Shown here: positions 1 through 10,076 of the stretch, piece by piece
How the letters are laid out: the number at the start of each line of letters is the position of its first letter
Numbering within the stretch: the stretch's first letter is position 1
Notes under the pieces: model-generated
What the model saw: the letters and a program-made list of their open reading frames with translations, nothing else
What the model was told of the DNA's origin: nothing
The model's database searches: none
Assembly (NCBI GenBank): GCA_013204385.1
Contig: JABMNY010000013.1
Coordinates: 517 to 64,516 of the forward strand
From: Candidatus Uhrbacteria bacterium
GTDB taxonomy: Bacteria > Patescibacteriota > Patescibacteriia > UBA9934 > GWF2-40-263
Length of the DNA stretch: 64,000 nucleotides
Reading direction: 5' to 3'
Made by a program: the position numbers and the translations under genes

Positions 1-346
1 TATACACGGGACATCCCATGTTTATGTCGAACCCCTCTGGGTGATGTTGTTCCGCAATAATACGTGCGGCTTCTGCCATGGTGGCAGGATCACTCCCAAA
101 CAGTTGTTGAACAATTGGACGCTCATCTTCGTGGATATCCGTCATGTTGAGTGTTTTGTCGTTTCCTCGCACAACTGCCTCTGCGCTTACCATTTCACGA
201 AAAACGATAGGGGCTCCAATCCCGTTCATGCCGGTTCCACCATGAGACACCGCTTTTACCGCACGACAAAAAGCCGAGTCCGTCATGTCAGCCATGGGGG
301 AGAGCGCAATGATAGGTTGAGGGATTTTTGCCCAGTTAAGTTCCAT
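1..346 (-). CDS. dusB: tRNA-dihydrouridine synthase (Dus, DusB-like), N-terminal part; runs off the window
   Basis: Not in the ORF track. Manual translation from ATG 346: MELNWAKIPQPIIALSPMADMTDSAF...FREMVSAE...ERPIVQQLFGSDP...GFDINMGCPVY, carrying the Dus motifs PMA, QLFG and DINMGCP. Confidence 0.9.
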   Translation of the reverse strand, partial: MELNWAKIPQPIIALSPMADMTDSAFCRAVKAVSHGGTGMNGIGAPIVFREMVSAEAVVRGNDKTLNMTDIHEDERPIVQQLFGSDPATMAEAARIIAEQHHPEGFDINMGCPVY

Positions 347-399
347 AACGGACAAAGACTACTCGATATATCCATTTCAATCAAGTATAATGAAATCAT

Positions 400-798
400 A
401 TGAAACATGGGAAACAATCTTCGTATTATCTTTATGGGGCCGCGGTTATTGTTGTTGTGGGTCTTCTTATTTTTGCAGTGAAAGATTCAACAGAGGAAAG
501 CGCTCTTTCTCCCTATAGTGCATTTGCTCAATGTCTTACAGAAAATGGGGTAACAATGTATGGAGCTTGGTGGTGTCCGCATTGCGAGAATCAAAAGGAA
601 TTGTTTGGAAGCGCATTCGATCAAGTGGATTATGTTGAGTGTTCAACAGCGGCTCGGACGATGAATCAAACCTGTCAGGATGCGGGCATTGAGGGATATC
701 CAACATGGGAGCTCGGGGATGGGACCCGTTTAGGAGGAGAACAATCTTTAGAAACGCTCGCAACCAAGTCTGGATGCGAATTGCCACTTCTTGAATAG
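400..798 (+). CDS. Membrane-anchored thioredoxin-fold disulfide oxidoreductase (type found fused to VKOR in SynDsbAB/LTO1)
   Basis: N-terminal TM helix, MYGAWWCPHC active site, YVEC...C...GIEGYPTW. Confidence 0.85.
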   Translation: MKHGKQSSYYLYGAAVIVVVGLLIFAVKDSTEESALSPYSAFAQCLTENGVTMYGAWWCPHCENQKELFGSAFDQVDYVECSTAARTMNQTCQDAGIEGYPTWELGDGTRLGGEQSLETLATKSGCELPLLE

Positions 799-799
799 T

Positions 800-1246
800 A
801 TGAAGAATGCTTCAAAACGTTATATTCAATGGATTGCCGTTCTTGCATTATGTGGAGTTCTTTTGTCTGTGTATTCTTTGTTACATAAGGAAGGATTTAC
901 TGCTGGTGCGTTTTGCAATCTGAATGAAACGTTTAACTGTGACGTGGTGAATCAAGGGCCGTATTCAGAGATATTCGGGATCCCTGTCGCTGTCATGGGA
1001 ATCATTGGCTATTTCTTTCTCCTTGTTGCGACACTCTTAAAAATGAAGCATCCAGAAGATCAGGGGACATCTCTATTTCTTCTTTTGGCGTCATTAGGAG
1101 GATTTGGCTTTGCTCTCTATCTTTCAGGGATTGAAGCATTTGTTCTTCAGACCTGGTGTCTTGTGTGCTTAACCTCGCAAGGTGTTATAACGATTTCGGC
1201 TGTTCTTTCTGTACTTAATTATCGATTGGAAAAAATGTATGACTGA
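800..1246 (+). CDS. Vitamin K epoxide reductase (VKOR) family protein
   Basis: Four TM segments, loop Cys pair (C...CDVV...YSEIFGIPVA), WCLVC redox motif; ATG at 800 preferred to TTG 791. Confidence 0.9.
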   Translation: MKNASKRYIQWIAVLALCGVLLSVYSLLHKEGFTAGAFCNLNETFNCDVVNQGPYSEIFGIPVAVMGIIGYFFLLVATLLKMKHPEDQGTSLFLLLASLGGFGFALYLSGIEAFVLQTWCLVCLTSQGVITISAVLSVLNYRLEKMYD

Positions 1247-1463
1247 CACGAATCTCTCGTATACACCAGAAGATCTTTTCAAAGAAGTTGTGGCTCGTTG
1301 TCACGAACAAGGTGTGGCGGAAGAAGGAGCGTATAATGGAATGGTTGAAGAAGTGATTGAGGGACATCGACGTGTCGGGGAGATTCATGATGACGCAGGA
1401 ACGGAAGATCTCGAGGAGCAGATGCGCGGACGTTTTCAAGAGTATAAAGCAACATTGGAGTAG
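1239..1463 (+). CDS. Small acidic hypothetical protein
   Basis: 74-aa ORF overlapping the VKOR stop and ending 3 nt before the next start; operon-like packing. Confidence 0.7.
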   Translation: MTDTNLSYTPEDLFKEVVARCHEQGVAEEGAYNGMVEEVIEGHRRVGEIHDDAGTEDLEEQMRGRFQEYKATLE

Positions 1464-1466
1464 CCT

Positions 1467-2837
1467 ATGAAAGTCTCTTTTCACGGAGCCACACCAGGAG
1501 TTACAGGGTCATGCCATCGACTGCAGGTCAAGGATACGAATGGAAAGAATCATCAAATTCTTTTTGATTGCGGAATGTTTCAAGGAGAACAAATGTGTGG
1601 AAGTAAGAACCATGATGAGTTTGGCTTTGATCCGAAGGAGATCGAGATGGTTTTTGTTTCTCATCCACACGCGGACCATACAGGACGTCTTCCAAAATTA
1701 GTTAAAGAAGGATTTCGTGGCACGATTTTCATGATTGAGCCCTGTGTCGGTCTTACAAAACTTGTTCTAGAAGATGCGCATCACATCATGAAAGAGGATG
1801 CGAAAAGATGTGGAAGCCCGGTTCTCTACGAGCTAGAAGATCTCACCTTAGCGTTTGAGCAAGTAAAAGGTGTTGGGTATCATCAGCAGATTGATATAGC
1901 CCCAGGAGTAAAGGCGATGTTTCATGAAGCAGGGCACGTCTTGGGTTCTGCGTACATTTCTGTGGAGGGAGAAGGGAAGCGTGTGATTTTCTCAGGGGAT
2001 ATTGGAAACGATGATGTTCCCATCTTGCCTGAGACAGAACCTATTTCAAGAGCCGATGTGGTTATTTGCGAATCCACCTACGGGTATCGAAAGCATGAAG
2101 GCGTGGAGACTCGTGCGAGTATGTTAAAAGAAGCCATTGAAGGAGTGATTCATCATCGAGGTGTTTTGATGATTCCCGCCTTTTCAATTGAACGCACACA
2201 AGAGTTGCTTTATGAGATTGATCGGTTGTTGTTAGGAGAATTGAAAACGAAGATGCCAATCTATCTTGATAGTCCGATGGCGATAAAAGCCACAGCTCTG
2301 TATAGACACTACAAACAGTATCTGAAGTTTGATGTCCCTATTTTAAGTGAGCCGGATAATGACTTTTTTAGTTTTCCGAATTTGCGTGAAACATTAAGCG
2401 TTTCTGAATCTAAGGCAATTAATGATTCTCCGTCGCCGAAAATTATCATCGCAGGATCTGGAATGATGTCAGGTGGCCGAATTATGCATCATCTTATTCG
2501 GTATCTCCCAGACAAGAATAATCATCTGCTCATTATTGGATATCAGGCGCGAGGAACCATCGGTCGAAAGTTATTCGATGGAGCAAAGAAGGTGCGTATT
2601 TATGGAACAGAGGTAGATGTACATGCAAAGATGAGTGCGATCGGAGCTTTTTCTGCCCATGGTGATATGGATAAATTAACGCGTTGGATCACGCCAGTGG
2701 ACGGAAAGATACCAGAGAAAATTTTCTTGGTGCACGGCGACCCTGAATCAAAGGAACCATTTGCTAAGCATTTACGAGAGACACTAAAAACAGAGGTACT
2801 TATTCCAGACTATCAAAGTGAGCATGTTATTAATTAA
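1467..2837 (+). CDS. MBL-fold / beta-CASP ribonuclease
   Basis: VTGSC, DCGMFQG, HPHADH, AGHVLGS, SGDIG, ESTYG, GMMSGGRI, FSAHGD, LVHG motifs. Confidence 0.92.
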   Translation: MKVSFHGATPGVTGSCHRLQVKDTNGKNHQILFDCGMFQGEQMCGSKNHDEFGFDPKEIEMVFVSHPHADHTGRLPKLVKEGFRGTIFMIEPCVGLTKLVLEDAHHIMKEDAKRCGSPVLYELEDLTLAFEQVKGVGYHQQIDIAPGVKAMFHEAGHVLGSAYISVEGEGKRVIFSGDIGNDDVPILPETEPISRADVVICESTYGYRKHEGVETRASMLKEAIEGVIHHRGVLMIPAFSIERTQELLYEIDRLLLGELKTKMPIYLDSPMAIKATALYRHYKQYLKFDVPILSEPDNDFFSFPNLRETLSVSESKAINDSPSPKIIIAGSGMMSGGRIMHHLIRYLPDKNNHLLIIGYQARGTIGRKLFDGAKKVRIYGTEVDVHAKMSAIGAFSAHGDMDKLTRWITPVDGKIPEKIFLVHGDPESKEPFAKHLRETLKTEVLIPDYQSEHVIN

Positions 2838-2854
2838 CTTGAGATAGATATTTT

Positions 2855-3406
2855 ATGGAAGAATATAGCACTGATTCCTCAAAAGAGAAGGAAGAAAATC
2901 CAGAAGGTTTAAAAGAATCAAGTAAGCAATTTGAATATACACCTACACAAAATGACCTTGATGATGCAAAAGCCTATGTTATGGAAGTGCAAGGTATCTT
3001 ACATAGAATATCGGATGGAGACAGATCACTCTTGGGGTTAGAAGCTCAGTTCCTTGAAGATGTTCCAAATGCACTTCGAGAAGGTCAACTAATTTCACTG
3101 GAAAAAAATGAACTACAAGAACTTGCGATGACAGCAATTGGGAACATTGGTTTATTAAAAGATGCGGAAAGAGCCATAGAATGGATGATAACTGGGCAAA
3201 ACAAGGCTGTCACAGTAAATGGAAGATCAAGAGTTATTACTCAAGGGGGAGATATTACATATGCTTTAGATATCCCGGAACTAAACGCAGCTAAAAGAAG
3301 GGTTGAAAGTGCTTTAGTAGTAGCTGAGAAACGTCAAGAAAAATATGAATCTTTGCTCCAAGAGCAAATTCGAATAAGTATCGGTTCAGAAAATGGAGTT
3401 GTATAG
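2855..3406 (+). CDS. Hypothetical acidic helical protein (AT-rich)
   Basis: 183-aa ORF, no recognisable motif. Confidence 0.65.
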   Translation: MEEYSTDSSKEKEENPEGLKESSKQFEYTPTQNDLDDAKAYVMEVQGILHRISDGDRSLLGLEAQFLEDVPNALREGQLISLEKNELQELAMTAIGNIGLLKDAERAIEWMITGQNKAVTVNGRSRVITQGGDITYALDIPELNAAKRRVESALVVAEKRQEKYESLLQEQIRISIGSENGVV

Positions 3407-3507
3407 AAATAAAACTGTCAGGAAATTAACAGTCAGAGAGAATTTCGTTTGAAATATAGTACTTTGTTCTTTTCAATAACATCGAGATGCGCTACCATGC
3501 CTGCGTT

Positions 3508-5301
3508 ATGGATCAATCTCATATTCGGAATTTTTGCATTATTGCTCACATTGATCATGGGAAGTCGACCCTTTCGGATCGACTTTTAGAAATGACTGGA
3601 TCTGTGGATGCGCGCAACATGAAGGCGCAGATTTTAGATTCGATGGATCTCGAGCGTGAAAAGGGAATTACTATAAAACTCGCGCCTGCTCGCATGGTCT
3701 ATAAGGACCACACGTTGAACCTGATCGACACTCCTGGGCATGTTGATTTTACGTATGAAGTGAGTCGATCTCTTGCGGCAGTTGAGGGAGCAATTCTGCT
3801 TGTAGATGCCTCGCAAGGTGTTCAGGCTCAAACAATTGGAAATTTGTACTTGGCAATGGAGGAGAATCTGGAAATTATTCCTGTTCTGAATAAAATTGAT
3901 CTTCCAAACGCAGATGTCCCAGCGCGCACAGCAGAACTCGTTCAGCTCATTGGATGTAAGCCTGAAGAAATTTTAGCGGTGAGTGGGAAAACAGGGGAAG
4001 GGGTTCCTGAACTTTTGGAGGCAATCATAAAACGTATCCCTTGTCCTACGGGAGATATTTCCGCACCCGTGCGCGCACTTATTTTTGATTCGTTTTATGA
4101 CGACTATCGAGGAGTCATGGCGTATGTGCGTGTGGTGGATGGTGCGATTGAAAAAGGAAAGCGGATTAAAATGATTGCCACAGGCTTTGATATTCAAGTG
4201 TTGGAAACAGGAGCCGTTACCCCCAATGGACTTAAGGGTGTTCAAACACTTGAGTGTGGTCAGATTGGGTACATTGTAACAGGACTCAAAGAAATAAATG
4301 GATGTCGCGTAGGAGATACGATTACGGTCCCAGCAGAGCATCTTCCGAACGCGCTTCCTGGATACAAAGAGGTAAAGCCTATGGTCTTTGCTGGAGTGTT
4401 TCCAGAAGAAGGAGATGATTTTAATCGGCTTCGGGAATCGATGGAACGTTTGAAGTTGAATGATTCAGCGCTTGTCTATGAATCAGAACATTCCCCAGCT
4501 CTTGGATTTGGATTTCGATGCGGACTCTTGGGGATGCTTCACTTGGAAATTTTGAAAGCACGTCTTGAGCGTGAGTTCCATATCGATCTTGTTGTGACCG
4601 TGCCATCTGTCGCGTATGAAGTGTATTTGCGAAATGGAACAAATATCCGAATTAAGAGTCCTCTTGAGCTTCCGGATCCTTCACTCATTGAGTACGTGAA
4701 AGAGCCTTGGGTTAAAATTGATATTGTTTCTCCAACGGAATACATCGGTGTCATCATGCAGTTACTGCAAGAGCGTCGTGGAATCTATGAAACAACGGAG
4801 TATCTCTCAGGAGATCGCGCGATTTTGCATTATCAAATTCCTCTTGCCATGATCATTGTTGATTTTTACGATAAGTTGAAAAGCATTTCTGCAGGATATG
4901 CTTCACTCAATTACGAACTTATCGATTATCGTGAGGCAGATGTGGTGAAACTTGATATGATGGTGGCAGAAGAACCTGTTGATGCCTTTTCCACACTTGT
5001 TTATCGTGATGAGGCGGAGCGTGCAGGACGTCGAATTGCAAAAGTTTTAAAAGAGACTATTCCTCGTCAGAATTTTGTGATTAAACTTCAAGCGTCTATT
5101 GGAGGAAAAGTTGTGGCCTCCGAGCGCATTTCTGCGATGCGAAAAGATGTGACGGCGGGATTGTATGGGGGAGATGTTACACGAAAACGAAAACTGCTTG
5201 ATAAACAAAAGAAAGGAAAGGCTCGCATGGCGGCAATGGGGAAGGGGAAAGTAAATATCCCGACAGACGTGTATTTAAAAGTTCTTAAAAGAGATTCTTA
5301 A
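3508..5301 (+). CDS. lepA: Elongation factor 4 (LepA)
   Basis: IRNFCIIAHIDHGKSTL, DTPGHVDF, NKID, GFRCG..GMLH, KDVTA.LYGGD.TRKRKLL.KQK.GK; start placed at MDQSH. Confidence 0.97.
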   Translation: MDQSHIRNFCIIAHIDHGKSTLSDRLLEMTGSVDARNMKAQILDSMDLEREKGITIKLAPARMVYKDHTLNLIDTPGHVDFTYEVSRSLAAVEGAILLVDASQGVQAQTIGNLYLAMEENLEIIPVLNKIDLPNADVPARTAELVQLIGCKPEEILAVSGKTGEGVPELLEAIIKRIPCPTGDISAPVRALIFDSFYDDYRGVMAYVRVVDGAIEKGKRIKMIATGFDIQVLETGAVTPNGLKGVQTLECGQIGYIVTGLKEINGCRVGDTITVPAEHLPNALPGYKEVKPMVFAGVFPEEGDDFNRLRESMERLKLNDSALVYESEHSPALGFGFRCGLLGMLHLEILKARLEREFHIDLVVTVPSVAYEVYLRNGTNIRIKSPLELPDPSLIEYVKEPWVKIDIVSPTEYIGVIMQLLQERRGIYETTEYLSGDRAILHYQIPLAMIIVDFYDKLKSISAGYASLNYELIDYREADVVKLDMMVAEEPVDAFSTLVYRDEAERAGRRIAKVLKETIPRQNFVIKLQASIGGKVVASERISAMRKDVTAGLYGGDVTRKRKLLDKQKKGKARMAAMGKGKVNIPTDVYLKVLKRDS

Positions 5302-5303
5302 CT

Positions 5304-5402
5304 ATGAAAAAAAACGCGCTTCGTGCATTTTGGGCAGTTGTTGGAACAATGGTGATTCTAAGTATGGTGATGGTTAGTTTTGCAGTAGGTTTCAGTCTCT
5401 AA
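5304..5402 (+). CDS. Small single-pass membrane peptide (32 aa)
   Basis: MKKNALRAFWAVVGTMVILSMVMVSFAVGFSL*; starts 2 nt after the lepA stop, basic N-terminus plus one TM helix; below ORF-track cutoff. Confidence 0.65.
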   Translation: MKKNALRAFWAVVGTMVILSMVMVSFAVGFSL

Positions 5403-5420
5403 TTTTTCTCTCTCCCCTCC

Positions 5421-7151
5421 GTGCCAAAAAAATGGCTCATTGCAGAGCCAATTACGTCTGAGATTCAAAAACAATTTCCGGAATTCGATCGGGTTGTTTT
5501 GCAATTGCTCTGGAATCGAGGGCAACAATCACAAGAACAAATGGATGTGTTTCTTGGACCTGATTGGAGTCGAGACACCTATGATCCAGCACTCTTTCTT
5601 AATATGCACACCGCTGTGCAGAGGGTGTTTCGTGCACTTAATGAGGGGGAAGTGATTACAATCCATGGAGATTACGATGCGGATGGAACGTGTGGAACAG
5701 CGGTCTTGTTTATCACCTTGCGAGATGTGTGTCGAAGTTTTGGATTTGATGAATCAAAAATTACGACATATATCCCACATCGGGAAAAGGAAGGGTATGG
5801 ACTTTCTATTCCCACAATTGAACAGTTATCTTCACATGACAAAACAACCGTCGTGATTACGGTCGATTGTGGAATCTCGAACAAATCAGCGATCGATCGA
5901 GGAAAAGAACTTGGGATTGATACAATCGTTTGTGATCATCATGCCATGCCTGTCGAGCTTCCAGATGCCACTTTGATCCATCCGCAAGTTCCAGGGGAAA
6001 CATTTCCAAATAAGTATTTATGTGGAACGGGGGTCGCGTTCAAACTCGCGAGTGCATTAATATCTGAAGCGCGTGCGCAAGGAGCAGAATTACCTGAAGG
6101 GTTTGAGAAGTGGCTTCTAGATCTTGTTGCAATCGCTACCGTAACAGATGTTGTGCCGCTTACTGGGGAGAATCGCGTATTAGAAACCTATGGACTTCGT
6201 GTCTTAAACAAGACACGAAGAATTGGAATTCGAAAATTATTAGATGTCGCAGGATCAACGCTGGGAGAACTTGATACCGTTTCTATTGGATTTCAGATTG
6301 GACCACGTTTGAATGCGGCGGGACGCATGACGCACGCACAAGAAGCCCTTGCGTTATTAATTGAAGAGGATGAAGTTGAGGCTTCGAAGCTTGCGATGCG
6401 ACTCCAAGAGATTAATGTAGAGCGCCAAAAAGCGTCTCAAGAAATGTATCTTGAAGCAAAGGCGCAATTAGGGGATGTGACAGGACTATCTCTCCTTGTA
6501 GCTGTTCAGGAGGGGTGGGGAGCAGGACTTGTTGGACTTGTTGCAGGAAAATTATTGGGAGATTTTGGAATCCCTGTGTTTGTTGTAGGGAAAGAGGGAG
6601 ATCGATACGTAGGCTCAGGGAGAAGTATTGAAGGGTTTGATATTACACAAGCATTACATCACGCTAAGGATTACTTAGATAAATTTGGAGGACATCCTCA
6701 AGCGTGTGGGTTCTCTTCTCATGGGAATGAACGGTTCGAGCACGCAGTTGAGATGATGAAACGCTATGCGGCTGAGCACATTGATGCACAGACCTTGGAG
6801 CCTACAATTCAAGCGGATGCACAGATCTCTCTAGAGGATATTTCTTGGGAGCTATTCGATGCCGTGCAGAAATTTCGACCATTTGGATCAGGGAATGCAA
6901 CACCTCTGTTCGTATCTCGACAGGTTCACGTGTCTTCTTTTGCAACGGTAGGAAAGGAGGGCGCACATCTTAAGCTCGGGCTTGAGTCACAAACGGGTAA
7001 ACGCGTGGAAGCCATTGGGTTTCGATTCGGAGAATGGACTCAAAAACTTACACTCGGATGTGCGATCGATATTGTGTTTGAAATTCAAGTTAATGAGTGG
7101 AATGGAAATCGATCGTTACAGATACGCATTGTTGATCTACAATTGTTATAA
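5421..7151 (+). CDS. recJ: ssDNA-specific exonuclease RecJ
   Basis: GDYDADG, TVDCG, DHH, TVTDVVPL, PRLNAAGR, GSGRS, GGHPQACG, RPFG.GN. Confidence 0.96.
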   Translation: MPKKWLIAEPITSEIQKQFPEFDRVVLQLLWNRGQQSQEQMDVFLGPDWSRDTYDPALFLNMHTAVQRVFRALNEGEVITIHGDYDADGTCGTAVLFITLRDVCRSFGFDESKITTYIPHREKEGYGLSIPTIEQLSSHDKTTVVITVDCGISNKSAIDRGKELGIDTIVCDHHAMPVELPDATLIHPQVPGETFPNKYLCGTGVAFKLASALISEARAQGAELPEGFEKWLLDLVAIATVTDVVPLTGENRVLETYGLRVLNKTRRIGIRKLLDVAGSTLGELDTVSIGFQIGPRLNAAGRMTHAQEALALLIEEDEVEASKLAMRLQEINVERQKASQEMYLEAKAQLGDVTGLSLLVAVQEGWGAGLVGLVAGKLLGDFGIPVFVVGKEGDRYVGSGRSIEGFDITQALHHAKDYLDKFGGHPQACGFSSHGNERFEHAVEMMKRYAAEHIDAQTLEPTIQADAQISLEDISWELFDAVQKFRPFGSGNATPLFVSRQVHVSSFATVGKEGAHLKLGLESQTGKRVEAIGFRFGEWTQKLTLGCAIDIVFEIQVNEWNGNRSLQIRIVDLQLL

Positions 7152-7154
7152 TAT

Positions 7155-7559
7155 ATGGAAGTACACATTTATACAGACGGAGGATCACGTGGAAATCCTG
7201 GGCCAGCAGCTTCAGGGGCCGTGATTAAGTTGCCAGATGGCACAGTGCTTGCAGAGGTGATGAAATATCTTGGAAGAACAACAAACAATCAAGCCGAATA
7301 TACAGCGATTATTATTGGGCTTGAACGTGCTGCGGAACTTGGGGCAACACATGTTTCTTTATTTATGGATTCTGAGCTTGCAACGAAACAACTAAAAGGA
7401 GAGTACAAAGTCAAAAATCCAGAGATTGCAAAAAGATTCTTAGAGGTGAAGAATCTGTTACATGCATTTGATCAAGTCACATTTACACATATTCGTCGCG
7501 AAAAAAATACGGAAGCAGATGCATTGGTGAACATCTGTCTGGATAACCAGATGTGTTAA
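7155..7559 (+). CDS. rnhA: Ribonuclease HI family protein
   Basis: YTDGGSRGNPGPA, TNNQAEY, DSEL, REKN.EAD. Confidence 0.92.
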   Translation: MEVHIYTDGGSRGNPGPAASGAVIKLPDGTVLAEVMKYLGRTTNNQAEYTAIIIGLERAAELGATHVSLFMDSELATKQLKGEYKVKNPEIAKRFLEVKNLLHAFDQVTFTHIRREKNTEADALVNICLDNQMC

Positions 7560-7581
7560 CTGTGATATACTAAGAGTATCT

Positions 7582-8724
7582 ATGGGCTTGTTCGGAAAAA
7601 AAAAGCCAAACAGTTTTCTTGGAGTCGACATTGGTGCGAGTAGTATTAAGGTTGTCGAATTCGAAGCAAAGAAAGGGCGGCCCGTACTCTTAACGTATGG
7701 GTATGCAGAGCTTCCAAATGCGCAAGCTGGGGAGACTTTGTTTGATCTACCAAAAGAAACAGGAGAACTCCTTGCGCGTGTGTGTAGGGAAGCAGGGACA
7801 AAATCGACAGCGACCATGGTTGCGTTACCAACGTCTCACGTGTTTACGTCAATTCTTTCTTTAACAAACGTTAAAGATAAACGACAAAGACAAGCTGTTG
7901 TTGATGCGGAGATTGCAAAATTAGCCCCACTTCCTCTGTCTGAAATGATTTTGCAGACAACGTTTCTAGATGATGAGAAGAAGACTGACACAGGAAAGAA
8001 AAAAGAAAAAAAGGGGAAAAAGGATGAGACATTAGCAGAGACTCCTGAAGAACCAAAAGCGAAATCAAAACAGTTCCGTGCCCTTGTCACAGGTTCGGCG
8101 AAAACGTTCATTCAGAAATACATTGAAATTTTCAAGACGGCAAAGTTGAATCTTCAAGCAATCGACACAGAATCTCTTGCGCTTATCCGATCTTTAGTCG
8201 GAAAGGATAAGGGGGCGATCATGATTATTGATATTGGATCTAAGCGAACAACGCTCATGGTTGTTGAGGCAGGGATTCCGTTTGTTTCACGTTCAATCAA
8301 TCTTGGAGGAGATACGGTTACACGAGCCCTGATGCAACAAATGGATCTTCCAGAAGAAGATGCAGAACGAATGAAACGAGATTTAGGAACGGTTTCTGCG
8401 GGAGGATCTGGGTTGGCAGGGGACCTTCCAAAGGTGCTTGAAGTCCTGATGCTTCCACTTGTGAATGAGATTAATTTTGCCTTCCAGCTCTATGCAAGCA
8501 TGGAGCTTGCTCAGATAAAAAAGGTGGAAAAAATTGTCCTGACGGGTGGATCTTCACATCTCCCTCGGATTCCTGAGTATTTAGCAACAGTTTTGAATAT
8601 GAATGTGTATCGAGGTGATCCATGGGCACGCGTGTTGTTTCCACAAGACCTTGCAAGTGTCTTAGAAGAAATTGGACCTCGTATGAGTGTGGCAATTGGA
8701 CTCGCAATGAGAGAAATGGATTAA
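7582..8724 (+). CDS. pilM: Type IV pilus assembly protein PilM
   Basis: GVDIGASSIKVVE, IDIGS..T, LTGGSS, VAIGLA.R; Lys/Glu-rich loop insertion. Confidence 0.92.
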   Translation: MGLFGKKKPNSFLGVDIGASSIKVVEFEAKKGRPVLLTYGYAELPNAQAGETLFDLPKETGELLARVCREAGTKSTATMVALPTSHVFTSILSLTNVKDKRQRQAVVDAEIAKLAPLPLSEMILQTTFLDDEKKTDTGKKKEKKGKKDETLAETPEEPKAKSKQFRALVTGSAKTFIQKYIEIFKTAKLNLQAIDTESLALIRSLVGKDKGAIMIIDIGSKRTTLMVVEAGIPFVSRSINLGGDTVTRALMQQMDLPEEDAERMKRDLGTVSAGGSGLAGDLPKVLEVLMLPLVNEINFAFQLYASMELAQIKKVEKIVLTGGSSHLPRIPEYLATVLNMNVYRGDPWARVLFPQDLASVLEEIGPRMSVAIGLAMREMD

Positions 8725-8725
8725 T

Positions 8726-9109
8726 ATGGCAAAAAAAAGTTTACTCATGATTGATCAGGATGCCTTTTACGGTGGGATTTACGCCAACAGATTCGAGTCA
8801 GCTGGATGGAGTGTTGCTCTTGAAGAAACAATTGGGGATGCAGATAAACGACTTGAGCGAGAGGTTCCAGACGTCATTATCATGGATCTAAACCCACTTG
8901 ATGAGTCTCTTGCCTTCCTTCAGCGTGTGAGGCAGAATCCAAAAACGACTCAGGTACTGCAGATTGCACTGACAGATCTAGGAGATCGTGAGACGATGTT
9001 GTTGGCGATGGATGCGGGAGTCGATAGTTATCTTCTAAAAGGGCATTTTGTCCCAGCCGAAGCAGTCAAAAAGGTAAAACGTTTATTAGAGGAAAAAAAA
9101 TCCGTATGA
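8726..9109 (+). CDS. Single-domain response regulator receiver
   Basis: PDVIIMD phospho-Asp, ALT, YLLK; CheY-like length. Confidence 0.8.
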   Translation: MAKKSLLMIDQDAFYGGIYANRFESAGWSVALEETIGDADKRLEREVPDVIIMDLNPLDESLAFLQRVRQNPKTTQVLQIALTDLGDRETMLLAMDAGVDSYLLKGHFVPAEAVKKVKRLLEEKKSV

Positions 9110-9609
9110 AAACACAAAAAGGATTTACGCTTGTTGAGTTATTAGTCGTTATTGCGATTATTGCACTTGTTGGAGTGATGGCAGCGGTGGCAGTGAATTC
9201 AGCTCGGTCAAAGCAACGTGATGCGACACGACTTTCTAATGTGCGCTTACTTCAGTCTGCTCTTGAAGACTACTTCAACGAAACGAATGCGTATCCTGTA
9301 GGTGAACTTCTTCCATTGGGAGATGTCTCACAGAGTACCTGCCTTGGATCTGATGGGTTTGCAGTTGATTGTTCTGTTGCAGAATCCGTCTTTTTGCGCG
9401 TTGTTCCAGAAACATATGAAGATGGTTTAGATGGTATTGTCACCTGTGGTGAGCCATCCAGGCGCGCGTTTTGTTATACGGCCCTTCAAGAGGGAGAATC
9501 GTACGTGATCCATTTTGAACTCGAGAATGGACTTACACCTGTTGGACTTCAGGCTGGAGTAAACTGCGCCACCCCTGACGGAATGGAAGCAGGAATTTGT
9601 AGTGAATAA
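9106..9609 (+). CDS. Type IV pilin / GspG-like protein
   Basis: KGFTLVELLVVIAII class III signal, AR.K.RD..R; six Cys in the head domain. Confidence 0.92.
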   Translation: MKTQKGFTLVELLVVIAIIALVGVMAAVAVNSARSKQRDATRLSNVRLLQSALEDYFNETNAYPVGELLPLGDVSQSTCLGSDGFAVDCSVAESVFLRVVPETYEDGLDGIVTCGEPSRRAFCYTALQEGESYVIHFELENGLTPVGLQAGVNCATPDGMEAGICSE

Positions 9610-9610
9610 T

Positions 9611-10021
9611 ATGTTGCGAGAGATCCTAGGGCGTGCGGAACCATTTTTTCGTAAAGACAAAATTGAGAGGCAGAAAATGGAGCACAGTAAACGCATGAGA
9701 CCTCTTGAACAGCAAGTGAAAGAACTCGAAGCTCGAATGGAAGCGGGTGATGAATCAGATGAGTTGATGGCAATTTATGATCAGGTTTGGGGGCAATTAA
9801 ATGATTTGCGCATGGAGCATGCCAGTGAGAAAGATGTAGTGTCCCCTGAATGGACAACGCTCATGCAAGCGATTGGCACTCTTCCATCAAACGCCAAATC
9901 TGAAGGAGTAAAACCAGCAAATCTGCGTTTGATTATTGATGCAATTGATCGAATAAAAGAGGAAGGAGAAGGGGGTGGAGAGTTTCTAAGAGATGTGGAT
10001 ACGTCTCAAGCAGCAAAATAA
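9611..10021 (+). CDS. Hypothetical coiled-coil protein
   Basis: ORF packed after the pilin, followed by a terminator. Confidence 0.65.
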   Translation: MLREILGRAEPFFRKDKIERQKMEHSKRMRPLEQQVKELEARMEAGDESDELMAIYDQVWGQLNDLRMEHASEKDVVSPEWTTLMQAIGTLPSNAKSEGVKPANLRLIIDAIDRIKEEGEGGGEFLRDVDTSQAAK

Positions 10022-10026
10022 GAAAT

Positions 10027-10050
10027 AAACGGGGCAATAGCCTCGTTTTT
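10027..10050 (+). terminator. Intrinsic terminator
   Basis: aaacggggc-aata-gcctcgttt plus T-run. Confidence 0.7.
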
Positions 10051-10076
10051 GATTGAAGATGCTATAATAGACCTAT

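Noticed and set aside
41-403. ORF-track 120-aa + strand ORF
   Set aside because: Antisense shadow of the dus gene, which has clear motifs on the minus strand.
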